From TPA_inf: Saccharomyces (lineage: Eukaryota), in the NCBI GenBank assembly GCA_000146045.2, contig BK006936.2, positions 320,001 to 384,000 on the forward strand: a stretch of DNA of 64,000 nucleotides, in the 5' to 3' direction. A program made the translations under genes and the position numbers. Below, piece by piece: positions 11,833 to 20,751 of this stretch; position 1 is the stretch's first letter, and every line of letters starts with the position of its first letter. Below the pieces are notes generated by a model that ran no database searches, was not told where the DNA came from, and saw nothing but the letters and a program-made list of their open reading frames with translations.

Positions 11833-12360
11833 ATGCTTATCAACCACTTGAGTAAGATCCGAACCGTAAGGCACTTTTCTAATATTAAACCCGTTTTATC
11901 CAAGGAAGTTTCGCGACGAGTAATTGTTGCACCTGCATCACACTTCAAAACCTCCAGTCCAAATGTGAAAAGTAACATCCCTATTCATGAATATAAACAA
12001 CTACCGGAAGATTCTAACTACATTGAAAAGCATTATAAGGAACTACAAGTATTTTTGAATGAGTTTTTGATTAAGAAATTAAACAAGACCTATGCGGATT
12101 TTGAAGGAGATCCAGACGAGTTGGTATTTCAATTGGAAAAATTCATTGAACTAGAAGTTACTCCGAGATACACAAATCATTCAGCACCTGATGGTTGTGA
12201 AGAGAGATTCAAATCCATCGGAGACAGGATAGTCGTTGACCGCTATTTAGATTTTGTGAAAGATGTCAGACTAACACTGCTGCTAAATGGAGGACACTCC
12301 TTCATATTTGATGTCATGCTACAAGCCAAAGAAGTATTTGACAAAATGCAGAAAGAATGA
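11833..12360 (+). CDS. FMP23: Mitochondrial protein of unknown function, 175 aa.
   Basis: 175-aa ORF; length and position match YBR047W. Confidence 0.7.
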   Translation: MLINHLSKIRTVRHFSNIKPVLSKEVSRRVIVAPASHFKTSSPNVKSNIPIHEYKQLPEDSNYIEKHYKELQVFLNEFLIKKLNKTYADFEGDPDELVFQLEKFIELEVTPRYTNHSAPDGCEERFKSIGDRIVVDRYLDFVKDVRLTLLLNGGHSFIFDVMLQAKEVFDKMQKE

Positions 12361-12524
12361 AGAAAGCTATAAAAAATTTGAATTATACTCATTCAGTTAG
12401 TTTTTTATTAGTAATGTACAAGTAAATAGCGTATAATATATAAAGGTTTTACGTTTCTCTCAGTATCTGGGAATGCCTTATTATCGATATACACAAGAAT
12501 TTCTGGAAGAAATATTTCCTTGCT

Positions 12525-12537
12525 GCACCCATACAAT
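12525..12537 (+). promoter_or_regulatory. Rap1-binding-site-like motif (GCACCCATACAAT) about 300 bp upstream of the RPS11B ATG.
   Basis: Close match to the ACACCCRYACAYM Rap1 consensus that is typical of ribosomal-protein promoters. Confidence 0.5.
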
Positions 12538-12830
12538 TCTAAACCCAAACATGTTTCCCGCTTTGTTTTTATTCCACACTCGGCATATTGCGTCTATGAA
12601 AAAGATGCGAAGTGTCTTTGTGAAATGAGGAAGTGTTCTCGCTAGAGTCCGCCTGGTTCCACGCCAACCTTTCAGCGGGCAAGTCCAATAGCTTTACGTT
12701 TCCCTTCTCTGCTGCGTCTGTTGAAAATCTATAATCAATAGGTAAAATAGTGATAATAACATAGCTAGTACAATTTACATAGTAGCATTTGCTGAAGACT
12801 TAGAGGAAACGTATCAAGCCAGGGAAAAAG

Positions 12831-13812
12831 ATGTCCACTGAATTAACTGTTCAATCTGAAAGAGCTTTCCAAAAGGTATGAAAGAATTATAACCTGAATG
12901 AGGTAATCAATGAAATATTCAGTACGGAAAGGAAAATTGCTCGAGGTAATATTATAATTTTAATGGGAATTTCCAGATTTATCAACATAAACGTTAGCAA
13001 GCGCAGTACCATCAAGTAAAAGTTTACTGGTGAAAAGCAGGACCTCGAATGATTGAGATTTCGTTACACAGTACGAGTAAAATATAAATTATTTCAAGAA
13101 GAAGAGAACTTTTGATCTGAAAATGAAAATGTAACCACGGAGAAATGTTGAGAATACATAAATAACCATGAGGCCAAAACACCTTAATATGAAGTATAAC
13201 TTTTACTGTGCTCAATGACTATTTCACCCGACTAATGCCAAGTAAGGAGGATCTCCATCATACGGAACAATTTTCCAACCGCCACGACACAGTTAACGAT
13301 TTCCTTTTCGCCTAAAAATAGTAGGAATGAAGTTCATGATTATATTTTAGATCAACCGGTTTACTAACATGCTATTTTTCATACAGCAACCTCACATCTT
13401 CAACAATCCAAAGGTCAAGACTTCCAAGAGAACCAAGAGATGGTATAAGAATGCCGGTTTGGGATTCAAGACCCCAAAGACCGCTATTGAAGGTTCTTAC
13501 ATTGATAAGAAATGTCCATTCACTGGTTTAGTTTCCATCCGTGGTAAGATCTTGACCGGTACCGTCGTCTCCACCAAGATGCACCGTACCATTGTCATCA
13601 GAAGAGCTTACTTGCATTACATTCCAAAGTACAACAGATACGAAAAGAGACACAAGAACGTCCCAGTCCACGTCTCCCCAGCTTTCCGTGTCCAAGTTGG
13701 TGACATTGTTACCGTTGGTCAATGTAGACCAATCTCCAAGACTGTTAGATTCAACGTCGTCAAGGTCTCTGCTGCTGCCGGTAAGGCCAACAAGCAATTT
13801 GCTAAATTTTAA
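12831..13812 (+). CDS. RPS11B: Ribosomal protein S11 (uS17), 156 aa, spliced. Exon 1 is 12831..12875 ([15 protein letters not shown]). The intron is about 12876..13386. Exon 2 is about 13387..13812. Coordinates in the 13215-13812 interval are ±1.
   Basis: ATG plus 15 codons is followed by GTATGA (5' splice site). A TACTAAC branch point lies at about 13361-13368, and a TACAG 3' splice site follows. Exon 2 translates to [30 protein letters not shown]…KANKQFAKF, the canonical S11 sequence. The flanking genes FMP23 and REB1 match YBR048W. Confidence 0.9.
12876..13386 (+). other. Spliceosomal intron of RPS11B (~511 nt; GTATGA…TACTAAC…TACAG).
   Basis: A canonical yeast 5' splice site, branch point and 3' splice site are all present. 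The frame is restored exactly across the junction. Confidence 0.85.
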
Positions 13813-14385
13813 AGAAATAAAATTAACAAGATGATATAATAATAAGTGGAGGATAAAACGTAGGACTTCTGGTGAATTATTTGAACCAAAGTGTCGTATA
13901 TTAGGCTCTTTTTCTTTTTCTTTTACCAGACTTGGTTTTTTTCTCTCTTTAGTAATTGTTTCTATATATGGCTTATCAATTCTATATATTTTTTAACTTG
14001 AATATATGAATGACATCTTTAATAATCACATCTCGGCAAACGACTGATGAGTTCCACCTGCTTATTGTTTATTTCCTTTCGTACACGCCGCGCTTGGCCA
14101 GTCCTTCCAAGAATGTAGGCAGAAGAAATCAAACTAACTTGTAAGAGAAAGAATAAAATTCATTATACATATAGGTAAAATAATATAAATACAACGGCTC
14201 CATGTGTAAGTTGGAAATAAAAACAGTTGGCGTCAAGGAAGAAAAAGAAAGTCAATATCCGGCAATAAGTGAAGACAAGATTTGCCAAATTGTTACAGGG
14301 CTAAAAAAAAGATAAATGATGAAAAATAACGCGTACTATCAAACATTATTGAGTTTTTCGCTTTCACCAATTATATTTTCCGGAA

Positions 14386-16818
14386 TTAATTTTCTGTTTT
14401 CATTGAAATATTGGAGCTAAAATAATCAACTAGCTCTTTACTGATTTCATTGATTGATTTTTGCTTATAGCCTTTGACCTTTTTCTTCATTCTTTCATAG
14501 CACAATTTCAACTCTAACCCATTTAATTTCATGCCAGGCTTCAAAGCTGCAAGTTCATCCCAATCTACTTGAGAATCTTCTGTTATACCTAAATCTCTTA
14601 ATTTTTCAAAAATCCATAACATATCATCATCTTTTACAGTCTGAATTTTGGCAATTGCTTCCCTTTTGACCAATTTATTCCATTTATAACGACATTGAAT
14701 ACGTGATCTCGTACCGCCCATACGCTCACTGACAATGGTCCAGTTAATGATGTCTTTGAAATCTAACTTACCGTTACCCATCAAAGATTTCCTCAGTTTA
14801 TTATTGTGACGTCTGATTGTATTTGACAAACTTTTAGAATGTGTGCTTGTTGCTGATGGAGCAGGTACCATTGAGTTCTGGGAATTATCATCGAGCTGTA
14901 TACCTAATGAATCGTGGGGTTTGTCTTCGTCTTTGTTGTCTCCCAGGGATGAAGAAGCAGCAGCGGCAGCAGCGGCAATAGCATCGTCATCATCTTGCTG
15001 CTTTTGTTGAAGAAGTTGTTGTTGTTCTTGAATAGCAGCAGCAGCAGCTGCTGCTGCAGAAGCTGTATCATCATCGTCTTCATCGTTATTGCGATGATCA
15101 TTCTGGTCATCTTGCAGTAAATGCTGTTCTTCTTCCAATAAGTTTGGATGCAATTGAGACTGTTGTTGCTGGGCTTCTTCCAACATATCGCTGATAACCT
15201 TTTTCAGAAGCTCTTCTTCTTCAACGGACCATCTATTTGATGCTCTATTGGTACCACATTTTACGTAGTTTCTCCAACGATCCCTACAATCTTCTGGCAT
15301 TCTGCCTAAAGTTTTACCTATTTCTGCCCATTGACCTTCTTTTTCTGCACATAATTTAGCTAGCTCTTGTTCCTCCTCCGCGGTCCATTTACCACGTTGT
15401 TCAAAAATGTGATATTTTCTTCTCATGTGTTTGTAGATAGAGGAGCTAGATCTATAGGGTAAGACTTTGTAAATATTATTCCAAAAGTTGTCCTTTGGCC
15501 TGTCGGAACTCCATATCCTTTCACAAACTTGTTGTCTAGTCAAACGTTCAATGGCCTCATACTCGTTAATAAATCTTTCTAAAGCGGCGTCTTCGGCTTT
15601 ATCAAAAGCTTTGCTATTGTTAGACCTTGAAGTCGATGGCGTTGCTGAGGATGAGGATAAAGATACCAAAGATGATGCCTTTGTGGCGGCTGATTGAAGT
15701 AGTTGAGATATTTCTGAATTGTCCACGCTGCCAGCTTCATTATCATGAGAGGGAGATTTTTGTTGGTGTGGTTGAGTATCTTGAGAGATAACTTTGGGCA
15801 AGACTTCCATATAATTTCTAGATTTGTTGAGGGAACTATCCAGCATAGAGTCTTTCTGCAGTTCAGAGTATTGCTTTGTACTATTTGATAAATCATCTGT
15901 ATCATCATTGTGATTCTTGTTCTGATGATTCAAACCGTGTGTACGCATCAAATGATCTTTAATATGCTTTAATTTTTCGTTATCGTCAGTATCAGCCGCA
16001 GTATTCAAGTATTGCTGGAAATCAGGATGTTGGGTAATCGAATCAGCGTCGATAATGGCCTTATGGACCAGTTGATCACGATCAATCACATCATTATTAG
16101 TATCGTTGTCATCTGCATCACCCAAGGTGGTTAATTCCGGATCTACGTTTCCAATTTGTCTGTCATCGTCATCATTATTGTTTTTCCGCTTTTTCTGTGA
16201 ATTCTCATGATTATTTCCGTTATCATGCTGTCTTTTACGCGAATTGCTATCGTTCGCAATACTGTTATTATTATTGTTATTTTTCGATAGAGTGTAAGCA
16301 GCAGCGACGGCGGCCATCGCCATAGATTGATGATCATCGTCCACACCAACACCCGCATCTTTCTTATTCTTGTCGTCGTCGTCATCCACGACTATGTCAG
16401 ATTGAGAAAAGTGATTATTACTGTCATTGCCGTTGTCAGTGTTATTATTGTTTTCGTCATCTTCGTCGTCTTGTTGATTATGCGCTGTTTGCCTTAAATA
16501 CCAATCCATAACTGCGTTATGTTGTTCATTGGAGTTGGCATGATCCACATTCGAAGATGATTCGTTCGCATTCAATGCGCTAATATTTTCAGAATCATCA
16601 TTATTATCCTCGTTTCTATTACTGTCATCATTGTTATTAACATCAACATCACTACTACTTTCCACAATATTCTGCTTTTTCGAGTGTTTGTTTTCCAGAT
16701 CCTTCGTATGCAATTGAGGGTCATGGTTCTGGTGATCTAGACCTACACCGACATATTTCAAAACAGCCTCTTCCACAGACTCTTGATTTGCGTTTTTATC
16801 GTTATGACCTGAAGGCAT
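14386..16818 (-). CDS. REB1: Myb-domain DNA-binding protein (RNA Pol I enhancer/terminator-binding, general regulatory factor), 810 aa.
   Basis: 810-aa ORF. It has poly-N/D/Q/A low-complexity N-terminal regions and C-terminal Myb-like repeats (WTAEEEQELAKLC…, W…RW spacing). Length and position match YBR049C. Confidence 0.9.
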   Translation of the reverse strand: MPSGHNDKNANQESVEEAVLKYVGVGLDHQNHDPQLHTKDLENKHSKKQNIVESSSDVDVNNNDDSNRNEDNNDDSENISALNANESSSNVDHANSNEQHNAVMDWYLRQTAHNQQDDEDDENNNNTDNGNDSNNHFSQSDIVVDDDDDKNKKDAGVGVDDDHQSMAMAAVAAAYTLSKNNNNNNSIANDSNSRKRQHDNGNNHENSQKKRKNNNDDDDRQIGNVDPELTTLGDADDNDTNNDVIDRDQLVHKAIIDADSITQHPDFQQYLNTAADTDDNEKLKHIKDHLMRTHGLNHQNKNHNDDTDDLSNSTKQYSELQKDSMLDSSLNKSRNYMEVLPKVISQDTQPHQQKSPSHDNEAGSVDNSEISQLLQSAATKASSLVSLSSSSATPSTSRSNNSKAFDKAEDAALERFINEYEAIERLTRQQVCERIWSSDRPKDNFWNNIYKVLPYRSSSSIYKHMRRKYHIFEQRGKWTAEEEQELAKLCAEKEGQWAEIGKTLGRMPEDCRDRWRNYVKCGTNRASNRWSVEEEELLKKVISDMLEEAQQQQSQLHPNLLEEEQHLLQDDQNDHRNNDEDDDDTASAAAAAAAAIQEQQQLLQQKQQDDDDAIAAAAAAASSSLGDNKDEDKPHDSLGIQLDDNSQNSMVPAPSATSTHSKSLSNTIRRHNNKLRKSLMGNGKLDFKDIINWTIVSERMGGTRSRIQCRYKWNKLVKREAIAKIQTVKDDDMLWIFEKLRDLGITEDSQVDWDELAALKPGMKLNGLELKLCYERMKKKVKGYKQKSINEISKELVDYFSSNISMKTEN

Positions 16819-17079
16819 ATTGATTGAGCTATAAATATTCTAATTCAGCAGCAACACGTGAGTTCAAACTAATAACGATAGTGTGTAGATAACCTTGCTT
16901 GTGATGATGTTTATTTATTTACTTTAGGTTGGGTCCACAGCAGGGTAATAACAGCCTGAGTTTTGTTGTTTTATCTTGTGTGGTCAAGAAAGCTGCCATT
17001 TGTTTGTCGTTGTCCTTTGTGAGGGTAGGTCCCTTGGCCGCCTTTGGTTTGCCACCCGGCATGGGCCCAATTTGAAAGA

Positions 17080-17086
17080 CGGGTAA
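17080..17086 (-). promoter_or_regulatory. Reb1 consensus core (TTACCCG, present as CGGGTAA on +) about 265 bp upstream of the REB1 ATG.
   Basis: Exact match to the Reb1 core in REB1's own 5' region. Possible autoregulation or nucleosome-depleted-region organisation. Confidence 0.4.
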
Positions 17087-17182
17087 CAAAGTTGTTGCTA
17101 TATATCACGTGATCAATTTTTCCGAGGAGCTTCTAGAAGAAAATGAGACACAATTTCAATGTATTGAAAGTTTACGTAAAAT

Positions 17183-18199
17183 TTATAGGAGCAGGTTGGG
17201 TATACTGGTGTCTATGTAAGCGTCAATGTCATTTTCTGTTTCAGCGTCAGTATCAGTATCAGTGTCAGTTTCCGACTCGAAAATGAAGGTCGAATGACTT
17301 GAAGTTGACGAAGGTTTTACGGGGGAATGATGACTTATGTTGGATAACTTGAGATCGGAGTCAACCCGAAGCACACTACTGAAATCTGTTTCTCCTGCCT
17401 GTAACAAAACATTTCTTGGAACATCGCGAACATCGTGCCCACGCTGATAGTCTCCACTATTACTACTGATAATGGCAGTGGCAGCGGCAGTCGTAATAAT
17501 TGCGTCACTCGCGACGTAAACGCTGTTATAATCATAGAAACTTCGCTTACTTGCTGCGTTGCCAATACAGGGATCTAGTTCAGACTTTGAACAAGGGCGC
17601 TGTTCATCAGTCGAATTCAACCGTGTAGAAGGAAGCCTTTGTATGAAATGCTCATCAGTTATAATACACTGTTCAACGTTATCGTTAAATTTGATATGCC
17701 TCTCTCGTGGCTTGCCCATTATATCTCTCCTTTTGCGTGCCTTAAACCAGCTTCTCCAAAAAAGGTTCTCCAATCTTTGATCATTGTCCACTTTCTTGTG
17801 TTTTTGTAACGGTAAAACATTTTCATTTTTTACAGTGTTGTTCGAGCTTCTCACATGCTTATTATTTTTATTGTAATTGTTTTTACTACTACAATTGATA
17901 AACTTGATGAATTTCCATAAATTTAAATTCAAGATTAAACTTCTTTGCTCGTGAAAGTCGAAATTTTTCTTCTTTACTGCTGGCAACATGCACATTCTTT
18001 TCTTGTTTATTTTCCACTGTTTGGCATTCAAAGACTTGATTTTTTTTAAGCAATACGTACCATTTGCAGCGGCGGGAGGATATCCCATATCGTTTCTATT
18101 CATCAAAGTTCTGACCGCCTCAACGAATTTACTACTTTCTTCTTCCTCTGGAGGGTCCTGGAATAAGTTATCCAAAGAGTCGCAATTACTCAAAGTCAT
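17183..18199 (-). CDS. REG2: Regulatory subunit of Glc7 type-1 protein phosphatase, 338 aa. The track ORF extends to 18298 with a non-ATG start.
   Basis: The ORF was trimmed to the internal ATG (MTLSNCDSLDNLFQDPPEEE…), which gives 338 aa, matching YBR050C. Confidence 0.8.
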   Translation of the reverse strand: MTLSNCDSLDNLFQDPPEEEESSKFVEAVRTLMNRNDMGYPPAAANGTYCLKKIKSLNAKQWKINKKRMCMLPAVKKKNFDFHEQRSLILNLNLWKFIKFINCSSKNNYNKNNKHVRSSNNTVKNENVLPLQKHKKVDNDQRLENLFWRSWFKARKRRDIMGKPRERHIKFNDNVEQCIITDEHFIQRLPSTRLNSTDEQRPCSKSELDPCIGNAASKRSFYDYNSVYVASDAIITTAAATAIISSNSGDYQRGHDVRDVPRNVLLQAGETDFSSVLRVDSDLKLSNISHHSPVKPSSTSSHSTFIFESETDTDTDTDAETENDIDAYIDTSIPNLLL

Positions 18200-18719
18200 T
18201 CTCACACACTTTCTTGTTCCTATTTTTTTTTTCTTATTCCAATATATTATTTTATCAGAAGACAGACAGCAAGAACGACAGCCTAAGTTTCGAGACAACG
18301 CTAAATTTGACGGACATGCGAAGACATGCCATATATAACAGTACGTCCAGGAAGAAGCTGCAACTCAAGAAGCAATAACTATTTTATGCATTATTAGTTA
18401 ATTAAAGGGGGTATGGTGTGGCTAAAAACGAGTAAAAAAGCAGCTTGTTGCGATGTTAGTAATGATAACTATAAGGTTTCCGTGTTGACACAATAAGCGT
18501 ATAAATTTAATCACTCCCCCCACGTTTTTTTATCCAGTGCTGCCCCGCCACATGCAATCGGGCCGTCGGAAAAGCAAGAGAAGGACAAACTATCGGGCAA
18601 ATGGCCTGGAAGGGACCTTCCCCATTGGCCCTTGACTATAGTCCTTCAGTCCTTCAGTCCTTCAGTCCTTCAATGTTACAGTTATACCATATCGTACTTA
18701 TGTAAAGATATATACGGTT

Positions 18720-19352
18720 TTACAAATCTTTGATACGGTCGTAAAAGGCCTTCCCTTGAAGTTGGTGAACTCTTAGCTCGGATAAACTGGGAGGTCTGCC
18801 ACCGTCGATTCCAGAAACACATCCTGCGCCCCAGGCGCAAGACCCGTTCACATCTTCAACGTCGGTCAATTCCTTGTATGCGTTCTTATACCCCAATGGG
18901 ACATAAATGACACCATGATGGACCAGAGTACTCATTGCGTTCATGATACACATTTCTGTATCACCCTTGCCGCTTATTGCGCCTGAAACAAACAAACCGG
19001 CAATTTTGCCATGGAGAGAACCCTTTGCCCAAAGCCCACCAGTATTCGAGTCCCAAAAGCTTTTCCACTCCGCGGGGAAGTTTCCAAACTTAGTAGGTAT
19101 TCCGAATAAGTAGTAATCGTACTCAACCAACGTTTCTCTTGTTAGGATTTTATAGGAAAAATCTGCATTAGTTTTGGCGACTTTGGCTGCCTCTTTTCCC
19201 TCTTCTGTCGCATATTCAGTTTTATAGCTGACGTCTGGCACTTGGAAAATCTCAGCCTCACCACCAGCTATCTCTATACCTTTTTTTTCATTTTCTGCTA
19301 ATGTGGCAATTATATCGTCCACTGAATAAATCAAAATAGCGACTTTCGGCAT
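18720..19352 (-). CDS. RFS1: Flavodoxin-like fold protein (NAD(P)H:quinone oxidoreductase family, Pst2/Ycp4 paralogue), 210 aa.
   Basis: 210-aa ORF with flavodoxin-like motifs (MPKVAILIYS…). It matches YBR052C. Confidence 0.85.
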   Translation of the reverse strand: MPKVAILIYSVDDIIATLAENEKKGIEIAGGEAEIFQVPDVSYKTEYATEEGKEAAKVAKTNADFSYKILTRETLVEYDYYLFGIPTKFGNFPAEWKSFWDSNTGGLWAKGSLHGKIAGLFVSGAISGKGDTEMCIMNAMSTLVHHGVIYVPLGYKNAYKELTDVEDVNGSCAWGAGCVSGIDGGRPPSLSELRVHQLQGKAFYDRIKDL

Positions 19353-19674
19353 TATCTATGTGGCGTAGTATGTGCTTATAATAGTGAGTAGTATGCTGGA
19401 GGTCTTGATGTTCGATGTTTCTCGAGAAAAGTGTGATATAAAATGTGGTTTCTTTTTATTTCTTTTCTTTTCCGCTCTTTTATGTATTTTTGATTGTCCG
19501 CCCCTTAGGTGTTCCCTCCTTATAACTAGGCAACCAAAATGGAACGGCTATTATTCGATGTATAAGGACAAGTTTGGGAGCTTCGCTTCAATTTGCCCAT
19601 AAGCGGTGTCATATGACGCTAGTTACATGCGCTGGATACGTATGCTGCATATATATAAACATATGTATATACAC

Positions 19675-20751
19675 CTAGTGGAGAGGTTGTCGCTTTGTAG
19701 ATTCCAGAGGAACATTTCCGTCTAGCACGTTTGGAATTTTGTAGATGCAGCCACCATTCTTGTCAGTATTGGTTCTTACAGCATCGTTGATTTCTGCATT
19801 GGCAGTGGTCACGAAGAGATCTTTACCAACAAAACAACAACATGAAACTCTTGGTGTCTGCTCCGGCAAAATGAACTCCTTCAGCAATTTTCCGTTAGTT
19901 AAATCGAACATTTGAACCTTACTGGTGGACCAGACAGTGATAAACAGAAACCCAGAATGTTTTCCGTCTTTGCTAAACCAAATTGCACTTCCATCTGGTT
20001 CAGGAGACTCAAAAGATTGATTGTTGGAGTTCTTCACGTCAATTAACTCGTCACGTTTTAGCAAGTCGCCACCAGGACATTTCCAAATAGTGAAGTTTAA
20101 AGAATCAGTCACGTACATCGTCTTTTGATCACTTTCATCCCAGTGGATCGCGTTAGGAATTAACAAGCAATTCCAAACAAGCTCTATCTTGTGAGCTAAT
20201 AGGTCAACACGAAGCAAACACCCAATAGGTTCCAAATCAAATGGAAAATCGCTCATTAGCCCCACATAAATATATTTTCCATCTGGCGAAACGTTCCCAT
20301 CATTAGATCTCAACTTATATGCTCTGTCTGTACTCAATTCAGGACATTCGGAATACAAAATGACATATTCCCATTCACTTTTGCTAAAATCCAATTTTCC
20401 TATGCCAAATTTACTACCAAATAATACTTGTTTGATTTCATTTTGTGAAGCCCCATCAAGTATTGGAAATATACAGCCCACGGATTCTTTTAATTCATCT
20501 GGATTGGGAGGGTACTCAATTGACGCATTCTTGCCATAATTGGCTCTACTAATGGAAAAAAAAGAATGACTGGATTCAGGCTGTTCTATGTCTTCGACTT
20601 TATGAACCTCTCCTTTAAAAATATCAACCCACAACAGTGTACCGGTTTCCTTAACGAAGGTTATTCCTTCACTATGTATGGCACCGGGAACGTGATAATA
20701 AGGTTTTAAATCATGCAAAATAATTTCTTCAAAATCGCCAACACTACTCAT
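19675..20751 (-). CDS. Uncharacterised protein with SMP-30/gluconolactonase/regucalcin-like beta-propeller features, 358 aa.
   Basis: 358-aa ORF at the YBR053C position. Length matches. Confidence 0.75.
   Translation of the reverse strand: MSSVGDFEEIILHDLKPYYHVPGAIHSEGITFVKETGTLLWVDIFKGEVHKVEDIEQPESSHSFFSISRANYGKNASIEYPPNPDELKESVGCIFPILDGASQNEIKQVLFGSKFGIGKLDFSKSEWEYVILYSECPELSTDRAYKLRSNDGNVSPDGKYIYVGLMSDFPFDLEPIGCLLRVDLLAHKIELVWNCLLIPNAIHWDESDQKTMYVTDSLNFTIWKCPGGDLLKRDELIDVKNSNNQSFESPEPDGSAIWFSKDGKHSGFLFITVWSTSKVQMFDLTNGKLLKEFILPEQTPRVSCCCFVGKDLFVTTANAEINDAVRTNTDKNGGCIYKIPNVLDGNVPLESTKRQPLH

Noticed and set aside
13215-13812. Apparent one-base disagreement between my reading of the text and the ORF track around RPS11B exon 2 (ATG read at 13368 vs track 13369; terminal codons read as …QFG* vs track …QFAKF*).
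   Set aside because: All other checked start and stop codons agree with the track exactly, and the track translation equals canonical Rps11. I treat this as my local misreading, not a real frameshift allele. Coordinates there are given per the track, ±1.
13528-13834. ORFs antisense to, or frame-shifted within, RPS11B exon 2.
   Set aside because: They lie inside a highly expressed and conserved ribosomal protein exon. The track M at 13592 is actually a TTG codon.
17988-18338. 116-aa + strand ORF overlapping the 5' end of REG2 antisense (corresponds to the 'dubious' YBR051W-type ORF).
   Set aside because: It is fully overlapped by a well-supported gene on the other strand and has a low-complexity composition. 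It is most likely a chance ORF.
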